Shown here piece by piece: positions 10,133 to 19,130 of a stretch of 64,000 bases of DNA (position 1 is the first letter of the stretch; every line of letters begins with the position of its first letter). The translations under genes were made by a program, and so were the position numbers. Under the pieces are notes generated by a model, which searched no databases, had not been told where the DNA came from, and saw only the letters and a list, made by a program, of their open reading frames with translations. This stretch comes from an uncultured Spirochaetota bacterium (GTDB taxonomy: Bacteria; Spirochaetota; Spirochaetia; SZUA-6; Fen-1364): positions 1,088,001 to 1,152,000 of the forward strand of contig CAWAHW010000002.1 in NCBI GenBank assembly GCA_963781885.1. Reading direction: 5' to 3'.

Positions 10133-10761
10133 GGCCTTTTTCCATCGCGGTTGCCGGCCTGCTCCTGGCCTTCACGATTGCGCCGGTCTTTGCGCAGGAC
10201 AAGCCGGATGCGCTGGAGCTCTACCGCGACTCCCGCTTCGCCGATGCGATCAAGGTGTGCCAGCAGGAAATCGCCGTCACCCCGAACAACATCGACTCGT
10301 ACGTCGTGATGGGGTGGAGCCTCCTCCGCCTCCAGCAATATGATGGTGCGCTTGCGGCGGGGCAGAAGGCAGTTGCCATCAGCTCCAATGACCCGCGGAT
10401 CATCCAGATCGTCGGGGAAGCGGACGTGTTCCTGGGCAAGATCGACGACGCCCTGCAGAATCTCCAGACCTACGTGGCGCTGCGGCCGAACGGCGACAGG
10501 ATCGCGCGCGTCTATTGGCTCATGGGCGAATGCTTCATCAAGCTGAAGGAATTCCAGAACGCGGACATCTCCCTCTCAACCGCCGTCTACTACGAACAGA
10601 ACAATTCCGTGTGGTGGGCCCGTCTTGGCTACGCGCGCGAGCTTGCGAATGACCTCACCTGGGCGGGAGACGCATACGACCACGCCTTGAAGCTGGACCC
10701 CGGGCTGGTGGATGCCCAGCGCGGCAGGGACAGTGTCAACAAGAAGCTCAAGGGCGGCTGA
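10129..10761 (+). CDS. Exported tetratricopeptide repeat protein
   Basis: Signal peptide (VFA-QDK); TPR-like repeats; ATGA overlap with the bactofilin gene. Confidence 0.8.
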   Translation: MRPFSIAVAGLLLAFTIAPVFAQDKPDALELYRDSRFADAIKVCQQEIAVTPNNIDSYVVMGWSLLRLQQYDGALAAGQKAVAISSNDPRIIQIVGEADVFLGKIDDALQNLQTYVALRPNGDRIARVYWLMGECFIKLKEFQNADISLSTAVYYEQNNSVWWARLGYARELANDLTWAGDAYDHALKLDPGLVDAQRGRDSVNKKLKGG

Positions 10762-12098
10762 TCCGGCAGGCGACTGCCGCGCGGGCGGCCTGCGGGTCGG
10801 TTTCCATACATTCGGCTGCAAGCTCAACCAGGTCGAGACCGAAGCGCTCGCCTCCTCGTTCCAGAGCCAGGGGCTCTCCGTCGTATCGGCGGAGGAAGAG
10901 GCCGACGCATACATCGTCAACACGTGCACCGTGACGGGCCGCGCGGATCACAAGGCGCGCGCCTTCGTCCGCGGCCTCGCGCGGAACAGACCGCAGGCGC
11001 TCCTGCTCGTGACGGGGTGCTCCGCGCAGCTTGAAGCCGCCTCCCTCGCGGCGATCGCGCCGAACATCGTCGTCGTGCCACAGGCGGAGAAGGCGAGGCT
11101 CCTGGACCTGCCGGGCAATCCTTCGGTCCGAAAAAGGCATCCCGAGCGCCGCGAGGGCAGGTGAAGCGCTCCATCGCGGCCCCGCGGCGGATTCATTCGC
11201 CCTTGACGCGAAAGGGCTCGCATTCCATACCCGCGCTTTCCTGAAGGTGCAGGACGGCTGCGATGCCTGGTGCTCCTATTGCCGGGTGCCTGCCGCGCGC
11301 GGACCCTCCCGAAGCCTCGCGATGGCAGAGGTCGTCGCGCGCGCCGCGGCGCTGGAATCAACCGGACACCGCGAGATCGTGATCACGGGCGTCAACATTT
11401 CCGCCTGGGAGGAAGGAACCTTCCGGTTGCCCGATCTCTTGCGTTCCATCCTGGAGGCGACGCGGAAAGCCCGCATCCGCCTTTCCTCGATCGAGCCGGA
11501 TGCCATCACCCCGGAGCTCGGCAGCGTGCTTGGGCACGAGCGCCTCTGCCCGCACTTCCACCTCCCCGTCCAATCCGGTTCCAACGCGATACTGGGGGCG
11601 ATGAAGCGCCGCTACACCATCGAGCGGGTCGCCGAGGCCGTTTCGCTTCTGCGCGCGGTCAGGGATGACCCGTTCATTGCCGCCGACCTCATCGTGGGCT
11701 TCCCGGGAGAAACGGTGGAGGATTTCGACGCGACCCGACGCGCCGTTGACGTGCTTCAGTTTTCCGCCCTGCACACGTTTCCTTTCTCCGCGCGGCCCGG
11801 CACGGCGGCGGCGACGCTCCGCCCGATGGTGCCGGAGCGCGTTCGCTACCAGAGGGCGCGCGAGCTTGCCTCCGTGTCCCGCCTCCACGGCATCGCCTAT
11901 GCGCGCGCATGGATCGGCAGGGAAGTGGACGTGCTTTTCGAAGAAGGCGTGGAAGGGCGTCTGCTGGGCACGTCCGGAAATTACCTCAAGGTTGCCGTTG
12001 AGGGAGCGCCGCGCGGCGCGGTGGGAAGGCTCGCGCAGGTGGAGATCTCGGCCGCGGAGCCATCGTGTCAGGGCGTTTTTCTCACGTTGCGAACGTAA
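10712..12098 (+). CDS. mtaB: tRNA methylthiotransferase MtaB; start uncertain, +1 G frameshift near 11113
   Basis: TFGCKLNQ.E, NTCTVT, VTGC, LKVQDGCDAWCSYC radical SAM motif, HFHLPVQSGS. Confidence 0.88.
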
Positions 12099-12193
12099 AC
12101 TCTGGTATTCACACCGGTTTTGAGCTATAATTTTATTCGATTCTTCGGAGACGGAAAGCTGTCAGCGCGGCGTTCCATTGTCGGAGGTGGTCA

Positions 12194-13018
12194 ATGTCAC
12201 GGATGAAAGCACTCGTGCTTTTCATCACGATCGCGGTCGTGCTGTCGGGATGCTCGGCCTTTTTCACTTTCAACGCTTTCTCGGGATTCTCCACGCCTCC
12301 CACCCCCGTGGCCGCCGACTACGAAGGATCGGGTGGCTTGGACAAGCTGCAGACGGACCTTGCCTCGCCCGCATTCGTCGCCGCGCTGACAGGCTCGCCC
12401 GTTGCCGGCCAGATCGAAACCTACCTGTACAGCCAGTTCTCCAGCGGCGTCGTCTCCGATGACCAGAAGCAGGCGGCAATCCTCTATGCCGACGTGTATC
12501 TGCAGACCACACAGGGTGAAGCGCTCGTGAACAATGTCGTTTCCACGCTCGTGAACGGGGTGTCGGGATCGTCCACCATCCATGACCTGCTGGCCGCCAT
12601 CATTCCCACCTCTGCACTTGACGATCCCACGGTTTTCTCGACCATGGTGGATGCTCTTCTCCAATCCTGGGCTGCGTATAATGACCTGGGCGCGGGCATC
12701 GACCGCAACAGCAATGGCGTCCTCGATGCCGGTGAAGGCGTTCCCCCGGGGACCAACATGGGTGACGTCGCGCAGAAAGCCGGCGTGGCCTGGTCGGTGC
12801 AGGTCATCTACAACGCAATCTCGGGGGCCTCTTCTGGCCCTTACACGGCGGCCCAGGTTGTCGACCAGATGTACAAGCTTGCAAAGGACCCGACCACCGC
12901 GGATCCCCCGGTCCAGACGCTCACGCCCACGCCCTATACCGACGATGGGAGCGCAGGCTTCCGCGACCTGAAGATTCTCTTCCTCTGCGCCGGAATACCG
13001 ATGCCGACAACAACATGA
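12194..13018 (+). CDS. Lipoprotein of unknown function (pair 1)
   Basis: Lipobox VLSG-C; GGAGGT RBS; DRNSNGVLDAGE Ca-binding-like loop. Confidence 0.75.
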   Translation: MSRMKALVLFITIAVVLSGCSAFFTFNAFSGFSTPPTPVAADYEGSGGLDKLQTDLASPAFVAALTGSPVAGQIETYLYSQFSSGVVSDDQKQAAILYADVYLQTTQGEALVNNVVSTLVNGVSGSSTIHDLLAAIIPTSALDDPTVFSTMVDALLQSWAAYNDLGAGIDRNSNGVLDAGEGVPPGTNMGDVAQKAGVAWSVQVIYNAISGASSGPYTAAQVVDQMYKLAKDPTTADPPVQTLTPTPYTDDGSAGFRDLKILFLCAGIPMPTTT

Positions 13019-14199
13019 AGAGAATATTTGCACTTTCCACGCTGATCCTTACCCTCGCCGCGGGGACTGGCTTTGCCGCCGCCTATACAGAGCAGCCCTT
13101 TGTGCCCGAAAGCCCGGACGTGATGGGGAGCGGCGGCTCGATCATCGCGGATGTGAGCGGCTACAACTCTTTCTTCTACAACCCGGCCGGCTTTTCCCGT
13201 GACAACGGCTCCTTCACGCTGGCCTCCACCGAAGCATGGATCACGTCGCGCCCGGACCTGCTCCTGGGCCTGGGTCAGCAGCTCATTGCCGGTACGGCAA
13301 CCCCTACCGACATCATCAACTTCATGAGTGGACAAGTTACCACCAGCGGGGTTGGGGTCGGTGGGGAAACGGGCATCGGCTATGTCGGCAACGGCCTCGG
13401 CTTGGGCGCCGTCATCATTGTGAACTCGCTGCTGAGCGGCCCGACGCTCCTGGGAATGAGCGGCGATCTCACGGCCACCGTCGGTTTCATCGGCGGCTTG
13501 GCGGTTCCCTTCGAGCTTGGAGGCGTGAAGATCAACATCGGAGGCGCCGTGCGCCCGATGATCCGCGTCCACGTGCCCGTGGACAGCGCCGTGGCATTCG
13601 GCGTGCTCACGACGCTCGCCACGAACGGGAATCTTTTCACCGCCTTGAACTCAGCCAGCGCCCTCTATGGCGTCGGCATCGGGCTGGATGCCGGGGCGAC
13701 CGCGGAGCTGGGATGGTTCGCGCTGGGTCTCTCCGTCCGCGATCTTGGCGGGACCCAATTCCGCTACACGTCCAACACCTTCGGCACGCTGTGGGGAACG
13801 CTCTCGTCGAACCTTGAGTTTCCCACGACGGGCACGGCCGTCACCGCCGACACCTATACCATCCCGATGGACATCGCGGTGGGTCTTACGCTGCACCCCG
13901 ACCTTGGCGCGTTCAACAATATTCTCGACCCCTCGATCAGCGTCGATCTGCACGATCTTGTGGGCGTCCTGGATGGCTCGGCTTCGATCTGGACGCTCCT
14001 TCACGCCGGGGCGGAGCTCCGGCTGCTCTCCATTTTTACGCTCCGCGGCGGCATCAACCAGGGCTATCTCACCGTCGGCGCCGGGGTGAAGCTCTTCTTC
14101 CTCGACCTGAACTTTGCCCTCTATACCAACGAACTGGGCGCGTACATCGGCGACAAACCCAGCGCGGGGGCGTCGCTGGAGGCGTCGATCCGCTGGTAG
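13015..14199 (+). CDS. Outer-membrane beta-barrel, FadL/PorV/TraF-like (pair 1)
   Basis: Signal peptide; MGSGG..IAD..SFFYNPAG N-terminal motif; alternating amphipathic strands; C-terminal Trp. Confidence 0.72.
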   Translation: MKRIFALSTLILTLAAGTGFAAAYTEQPFVPESPDVMGSGGSIIADVSGYNSFFYNPAGFSRDNGSFTLASTEAWITSRPDLLLGLGQQLIAGTATPTDIINFMSGQVTTSGVGVGGETGIGYVGNGLGLGAVIIVNSLLSGPTLLGMSGDLTATVGFIGGLAVPFELGGVKINIGGAVRPMIRVHVPVDSAVAFGVLTTLATNGNLFTALNSASALYGVGIGLDAGATAELGWFALGLSVRDLGGTQFRYTSNTFGTLWGTLSSNLEFPTTGTAVTADTYTIPMDIAVGLTLHPDLGAFNNILDPSISVDLHDLVGVLDGSASIWTLLHAGAELRLLSIFTLRGGINQGYLTVGAGVKLFFLDLNFALYTNELGAYIGDKPSAGASLEASIRW

Positions 14200-14271
14200 G
14201 GGCAGGGGGGACGGGTTCCTCACTCGTGCAATTCGTGCTAAGATTCTGAGGACACGGAGGTGGGAGAATCC

Positions 14272-14952
14272 ATGAAGATGAATGCCCGGCACGGGCGGAC
14301 GATTCCTGGCCTCGCGGCGCTCGCTGCCCTCGTTGTGATCCTGGCATGTCTTGGCGGCTGCCAGGCGATATTCACCTATAGCCCGCTCACGGCGCTGCAA
14401 CGCTCTCCTGCCAGTCTCCCGCCCGCGCAGCAGCTTGAATATGCACAGAATGCGTTGGCAAGCGGTGACAAGACTGCCATGACCGCCGCCCTGGCGGTCA
14501 TCAAGAACGACCCCAGCCCCGCGGCGCAGTACACGGCCGCGCAGCTTGGCATCGAGGTGTCCGGTGTCCCGGATCTCCTCCTGCAGGCGGTGGACGGCGA
14601 CACGAGCGCCATATCGAGTGCAGCGTCCATCGACAGTTACCTGGCCGTGCACCCTGAAATACAGCCCGACTACCTGATCGATGCCGCGAATCGGGTCGCC
14701 GCCCTTTCAACCTCCGATCCCACGGCGCTGCAGCCGATGGACTATGTTTACGGCGCGCTGGGGCTCGCGCTGGACGCGGCGAAACGGCCGGATGGGACTT
14801 TCAATGTATCTTCAATTCCCGCCCCTGTTGCGAGCCCACCCAACGCGACATTCACCGCACAGCAGTTCATCCTTCTGGCCAGCACAACACTGCCGGCGGG
14901 CGATCCCACGCAGGCCTTCCTGACCGCATTCAGCGGCTTACCGAACCTGTGA
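14272..14952 (+). CDS. Lipoprotein of unknown function (pair 2)
   Basis: Lipobox LGG-C followed by QAIFTYS; predicted helical. Confidence 0.72.
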   Translation: MKMNARHGRTIPGLAALAALVVILACLGGCQAIFTYSPLTALQRSPASLPPAQQLEYAQNALASGDKTAMTAALAVIKNDPSPAAQYTAAQLGIEVSGVPDLLLQAVDGDTSAISSAASIDSYLAVHPEIQPDYLIDAANRVAALSTSDPTALQPMDYVYGALGLALDAAKRPDGTFNVSSIPAPVASPPNATFTAQQFILLASTTLPAGDPTQAFLTAFSGLPNL

Positions 14953-16133
14953 TGCACAACCGTCGCGGTATCTGTTGCATTCTCCTGCTCGCGGCATTGG
15001 CGGTCGGTGCCGGTGCGCAGGACCTCCAGATCGATCAGCCCGCGTATCCCTCGGCGCGCCTGAGCGCGCTGGGCGGGGACCATGTCGCCCTGGCGGATGA
15101 CGTGAATACGCTTTTTGACAACCCCGCGGGATTCCAGGCGGCAGGGCCCCAGTTCACGTTCGCCGAGCTCACGACGAATCTTAGCGGACCGATTTTCAGC
15201 ATCGCCGACCTGGTGATCAAGATCGTCAATGGCACGAACCCCATGACCCTTATCACCGACCCGACGGTGCAGTCGCTTCTCACCAGTCTCTACACCTCCG
15301 TCACTCTCAACGGCCCGCTCGCGTTCGGTTACGTCGGCAACGGCCTCGGCTTCGGGTTTTTCAATTCCTCCGGGCTCACCTTCTCCACGGTCGGGACCAT
15401 ACCGACCATCACGGCCGGGGTCGGGGAGGACCTCCAGTTCATCGGAGGCTATGCATTCCGCATCCCTCTTCCCGCATCCACGAAGAGCACCTTGGATGTC
15501 GGTCTCTCCGTGCGGGCATTCGCCCAGGGGGACGTGACGCTTTCCGAATCCATCGTTTCTTTTTTCTCCCTGCTCAGCAGCTTTTCTTCGAGCTTCCTCA
15601 CCAACCAGCCGTTCAATCTCGACGTGGGCTTCAGCGTGGACAGCGGAATCCGCTACTCGTGGAATGACATCATCAGCGTGGGAATCGTCGGCCGCAACCT
15701 CTACGCGCCCGTGATGAGAAACGCATATGCCACCCTCACGGCCTTCACCACAGGGGCGTCGCCGACGGTGTCGTACGGAACTCTTCCCATCGACTTGTCC
15801 GGCGGTCTTCTGTTCTCGCCGCGCCTGGGTGCGCTTGAAGCCTACATGACGGGCCTCAAGGTGATGCTCGATTATTCTGACATACTGGATTTTCTCACGC
15901 ATGCTGCCACGGCGACAAACCCGGTTCTCCACATCGGCCTCGGCGTCGAGGCGGTGCTGCTGAAGGTGCTCGCCCTGCGCGCGGGCTTCGGTGACGGCTA
16001 TTTCTCGGCGGGGCTCGGCATCGACCTCACGGCATTCAAGTTCAACGTCACGATGTACGGCAGCGAGCTTTCCACGGAGCCGGGTCTTCGCCCGGCCTAC
16101 AACCTGCTCGCCGGTCTCGAGTTCCGCTACTGA
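14952..16133 (+). CDS. Outer-membrane beta-barrel, FadL/PorV/TraF-like (pair 2), paralogue of 13015..14199
   Basis: SARLSALGG.HVALADD..TLFDNPAG motif; GYVGNGLG shared with the paralogue; C-terminal EFRY. Confidence 0.75.
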   Translation: MHNRRGICCILLLAALAVGAGAQDLQIDQPAYPSARLSALGGDHVALADDVNTLFDNPAGFQAAGPQFTFAELTTNLSGPIFSIADLVIKIVNGTNPMTLITDPTVQSLLTSLYTSVTLNGPLAFGYVGNGLGFGFFNSSGLTFSTVGTIPTITAGVGEDLQFIGGYAFRIPLPASTKSTLDVGLSVRAFAQGDVTLSESIVSFFSLLSSFSSSFLTNQPFNLDVGFSVDSGIRYSWNDIISVGIVGRNLYAPVMRNAYATLTAFTTGASPTVSYGTLPIDLSGGLLFSPRLGALEAYMTGLKVMLDYSDILDFLTHAATATNPVLHIGLGVEAVLLKVLALRAGFGDGYFSAGLGIDLTAFKFNVTMYGSELSTEPGLRPAYNLLAGLEFRY

Positions 16134-16155
16134 CGGCATTTGCGCGCGGCCCGAA

Positions 16156-16184
16156 TTGACAAAGGAAACGAGGGCGGGTAGAGT
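16156..16184 (+). promoter_or_regulatory. Sigma70 promoter of tRNA-Lys
   Basis: TTGACA-17 bp-TAGAGT. Confidence 0.7.
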
Positions 16185-16196
16185 ACGCCGTTGTTC

Positions 16197-16269
16197 GGGC
16201 CGCTAGCTCAGCTGGTAGAGCAACAGCCTTTTAAGCTGTGGGTCGCCAGTTCGACTCTGGCGCGGCTCA
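16197..16269 (+). tRNA. tRNA-Lys (anticodon TTT)
   Basis: Cloverleaf: GGGCCGC/GCGGCTC acceptor, ACAGC-CTTTTAA-GCTGT anticodon arm, GTTCGA T-loop; CCA not encoded. Confidence 0.95.
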
Positions 16270-16297
16270 TATCAAAACGTGGAAAGCCGGGAATGCC

Positions 16298-16324
16298 AAG
16301 CGCCCTGAGGGGGGCGCTTTTTTT
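16298..16324 (+). terminator. Rho-independent terminator
   Basis: AAGCGCCC/GGGCGCTT hairpin followed by a T-run. Confidence 0.75.
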
Positions 16325-16331
16325 CGCGCGC

Positions 16332-17105
16332 TCACGCGTTGACTCCTGAAGCGAGCATTCCCCCGTCAACGGTCACGCACTGCCCGGTGATGAAGCTCGC
16401 CGCATCGGATGCCAGGAGCACCGCCGCGCCAACCAGCTCCTCCGGCCGACCGAATCGGTGCATCGGCGTCCGGAGGAGAATCTCGCGGCCGCGCTCCGTC
16501 CCCGACAGGAGCTTCTCATTCATGGCGGTGGGGAAAAAGCCCGGGGCAATCGCGTTCACGCAGATTCCATCGACGGCCCATTCGCAGGCGAGGCTTTGGG
16601 TGAGGGACAGGACTCCCGCCTTTGCCGCGCAGTAAGCCGCGACCTCGTGGAATGCGACGAAGGAGCCCAGCGACGCGAGATTGATGATCCGGCCCCTGCC
16701 GCTCGCTTTGAGGGGGGCATGGAAGCTCTGGCAGGCGCGCAGCACCCCCGTGAGGTCCGTGGACAAAAGCGCATCCCACTCCGTCTCCGTCACCTCGATG
16801 GTCGGCCGACGGAAGGTGTAGCCGGCGGCATTCACGAGTATGTCGATGCCGCCGAATCGCCGGACCGTCGCGTCCCGCAGGGAATCGATCGAGGCGCGCT
16901 GCGTGACGTCGACCGTCGCGCGGAAGGCTTCCGCGCCCAGAGCCTCGATCTCGCCACAGACCGCCTCCACGCGCTCGGAGCGGCGCCCTGACGGCACGAC
17001 GCGCGCGCCGTGACGGGCAAGACCGAGCGCGAGCTCCCTGCCCAGACCGGACGTGGCGCCGATGACGACCGCCGTCCTTCCGCGAATATCGAGGGTGTCA
17101 GGCAT
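16332..17105 (-). CDS. SDR family oxidoreductase (gluconate 5-dehydrogenase/KduD-like)
   Basis: GATSGLG, ILVNAAG, YCAAK, VNAIAPG and VDGG motifs; next to uxuA. Confidence 0.88.
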   Translation of the reverse strand: MPDTLDIRGRTAVVIGATSGLGRELALGLARHGARVVPSGRRSERVEAVCGEIEALGAEAFRATVDVTQRASIDSLRDATVRRFGGIDILVNAAGYTFRRPTIEVTETEWDALLSTDLTGVLRACQSFHAPLKASGRGRIINLASLGSFVAFHEVAAYCAAKAGVLSLTQSLACEWAVDGICVNAIAPGFFPTAMNEKLLSGTERGREILLRTPMHRFGRPEELVGAAVLLASDAASFITGQCVTVDGGMLASGVNA

Positions 17106-18184
17106 CAGGCAGATCCTCCGAGCATCGTCAGCGCCGCCCGCATGAAACCGATGGCGTAGGCCATGCCCGCATGCCAGGAAGCGGCGCACTCGGGAAGCGG
17201 CGTGTGATCGGGGATGAGGACGCCGGAAAATCCCGCGTCGCGCAGAATCCTGAGGATGCGCGGCACGTCGATGTCGCCGTCGTCGATGAATGTCTCCCGG
17301 TAGCGGGGCATCCTGCCGCGTATGTTGCGCACGTGCACGTAGGCGAGCCTTCCCTGCCGCGCGTAGCGCTCGGTCGCCTGATACACGTCCCCGTCGGCCA
17401 TTTCCGCGATGGTGCCGATGCAGAACTCAAGCCCATTCGACCGGCTGGGATGCCTGTCGATCATCCTCTGATAGAGGTCCGGGCGATAGACGAGCCGCGG
17501 GGTGCCGCGAACGGAAGGCGCCGGCGGATCGTCGGGATGCAGGGCGAGAGTCACTCCCGCCTCTTCCGCCACCGGGAGAAGCTCGTCGAGAAAACGGTCA
17601 AGGCGGTCCCAGAGCTGTTCGGCGGAGACAGGCGCGAGCGTTCCGGCGGGCGCGGCGGGGTCAAAGATCATGTTCCAGACCATGCCGAGGGGAAGCGGCG
17701 TCTGATCCACTCCTTCGACGCCGACGGACGGGGCGCCGCCGCGCGCGAAGGGGCCCGCGACGCGCCCGGCAACCCCGGCGATGCTGAAATTGTAGCCCAG
17801 CACGGGTATGCCCGCCGCGCCGAGTTTCCGCACGAGGCCTTTCACGCCCTCCATCTGCCGGTCGCGCCGCGGCCCATCAAGCAGCACGTCGTACCAGAAG
17901 GCGGGGTCGATATTCTCTATCGCGTGGAGGACCAGCCCTTCGCTTTCCACGTCGCGACGCAGCGCGGCAAGGTCGTCGGCAGACCAGAGGACCTCCGGGT
18001 CGCCGGCAAGACCCCACCCGGCTTTCGTGCCTCCCACGGGCTGATTCGCGCCGACGGAGCCTTCGGGGGAGCCGCGCTCGTAGTCGACGAGGTGGGCCAC
18101 GACGTGCGTGCAGCCGATCTGGCGCGCGAAGCGATAGTTGGCCGCGGTGAGGAGCGGCTTGTAGAGCCCGATTCCGATGTTCAT
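17105..18184 (-). CDS. uxuA: Mannonate dehydratase family protein
   Basis: AEEAGVTLALHPDDPP, NGLEFCIG, HVRN, ETFIDDGD and LIPDH motifs. Confidence 0.88.
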   Translation of the reverse strand: MNIGIGLYKPLLTAANYRFARQIGCTHVVAHLVDYERGSPEGSVGANQPVGGTKAGWGLAGDPEVLWSADDLAALRRDVESEGLVLHAIENIDPAFWYDVLLDGPRRDRQMEGVKGLVRKLGAAGIPVLGYNFSIAGVAGRVAGPFARGGAPSVGVEGVDQTPLPLGMVWNMIFDPAAPAGTLAPVSAEQLWDRLDRFLDELLPVAEEAGVTLALHPDDPPAPSVRGTPRLVYRPDLYQRMIDRHPSRSNGLEFCIGTIAEMADGDVYQATERYARQGRLAYVHVRNIRGRMPRYRETFIDDGDIDVPRILRILRDAGFSGVLIPDHTPLPECAASWHAGMAYAIGFMRAALTMLGGSA

Positions 18185-18264
18185 GCAGACGTCGGCAAAT
18201 ATAGTACTGCCGTCGCCGGGCGTCCACATCAAGAGTTTGCATGCTCTCAACGAAGAGATTTTTC

Positions 18265-18315
18265 TTGACAACGGCCGCACGTGGCGTAGTATAACTTCCA
18301 TACAAGTATGGAAGT
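18265..18315 (+). promoter_or_regulatory. Promoter with a perfect operator palindrome ACTTCCATAC-AA-GTATGGAAGT (18294-18315)
   Basis: TTGACA at 18265 and TAGTAT at 18287; the 10-bp inverted repeat overlaps the GntR start codon. Confidence 0.7.
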
Positions 18316-19120
18316 CTCCGGGGCGCAGATAGAAATCGTCGAGCAGGAAAAAGAGCAGTCGATACAACGATGGGTCTACCAGGTACTGCGAACGAACATC
18401 ATCAAGCTCACCCTCCGTCCCGCCCTGCCGATCAGCGAGAACGAAGTCTCGGACGCCCTCCACACCAGCCGCACGCCGGTGCGGGAGGCATTCATCCGCC
18501 TGGCGGAGGACGGGCTGGTGAAGATCACGCCGCAGAAGAGGACGGTCGTCTCCCTCATCAGCCTGCCGCAGGCCGAGGAGGCGCGCTTCATGCGGCGCGC
18601 AATCGAAAAGGCGGTGCTGAAGGAGGCCTCCGGCAGGCTGGGGGACGCCTTGAAGGCGGAGCTCCGCGCCAACATCGAGCAACAGCACATGTGCCGCAAG
18701 GCGCGCGCCTATGAGCAGATGCTGCGGCTCGACAATGAGTTCCACGCAGGTTTTTTTCGCGGCTGCGGGAAGGAAAGGAGCTGGCTGTACATCCAGAAGC
18801 TCGATTCAAACTACGAAAGGCTGCGCACCCTCGCGCTTCCCCGGACTATCGGGGACGTCATCACCCAACACCAGAAGATACTCGATGCGGTCGCGCAGGG
18901 ACGCATCGAGAGCATCGATGCGCTCGTGGACGAGCACATGAGCGCGGCAGCGATCGATCGGGTTATCCGGGAATGCCCCCCCGGGTATTTCGAAGGAGCC
19001 CCCGCCCCCGGGGGGGCCGCGGCGGAGAAGGGGGGACGGGACGCCTCGGCGGATGGGAAAAAAAAGAAAGGAGGGAAGGCACGCACGCAACAGGCTCGGC
19101 TCGGAACGAAACATACATGA
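18308..19120 (+). CDS. GntR (FadR/FCD subfamily) transcriptional regulator
   Basis: ISENEVS..LHTSRTPVREAF.RL wHTH; D.EFH and QH..I FCD motifs. Confidence 0.92.
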   Translation: MEVSGAQIEIVEQEKEQSIQRWVYQVLRTNIIKLTLRPALPISENEVSDALHTSRTPVREAFIRLAEDGLVKITPQKRTVVSLISLPQAEEARFMRRAIEKAVLKEASGRLGDALKAELRANIEQQHMCRKARAYEQMLRLDNEFHAGFFRGCGKERSWLYIQKLDSNYERLRTLALPRTIGDVITQHQKILDAVAQGRIESIDALVDEHMSAAAIDRVIRECPPGYFEGAPAPGGAAAEKGGRDASADGKKKKGGKARTQQARLGTKHT

Positions 19121-19130
19121 GGAGGACTTT

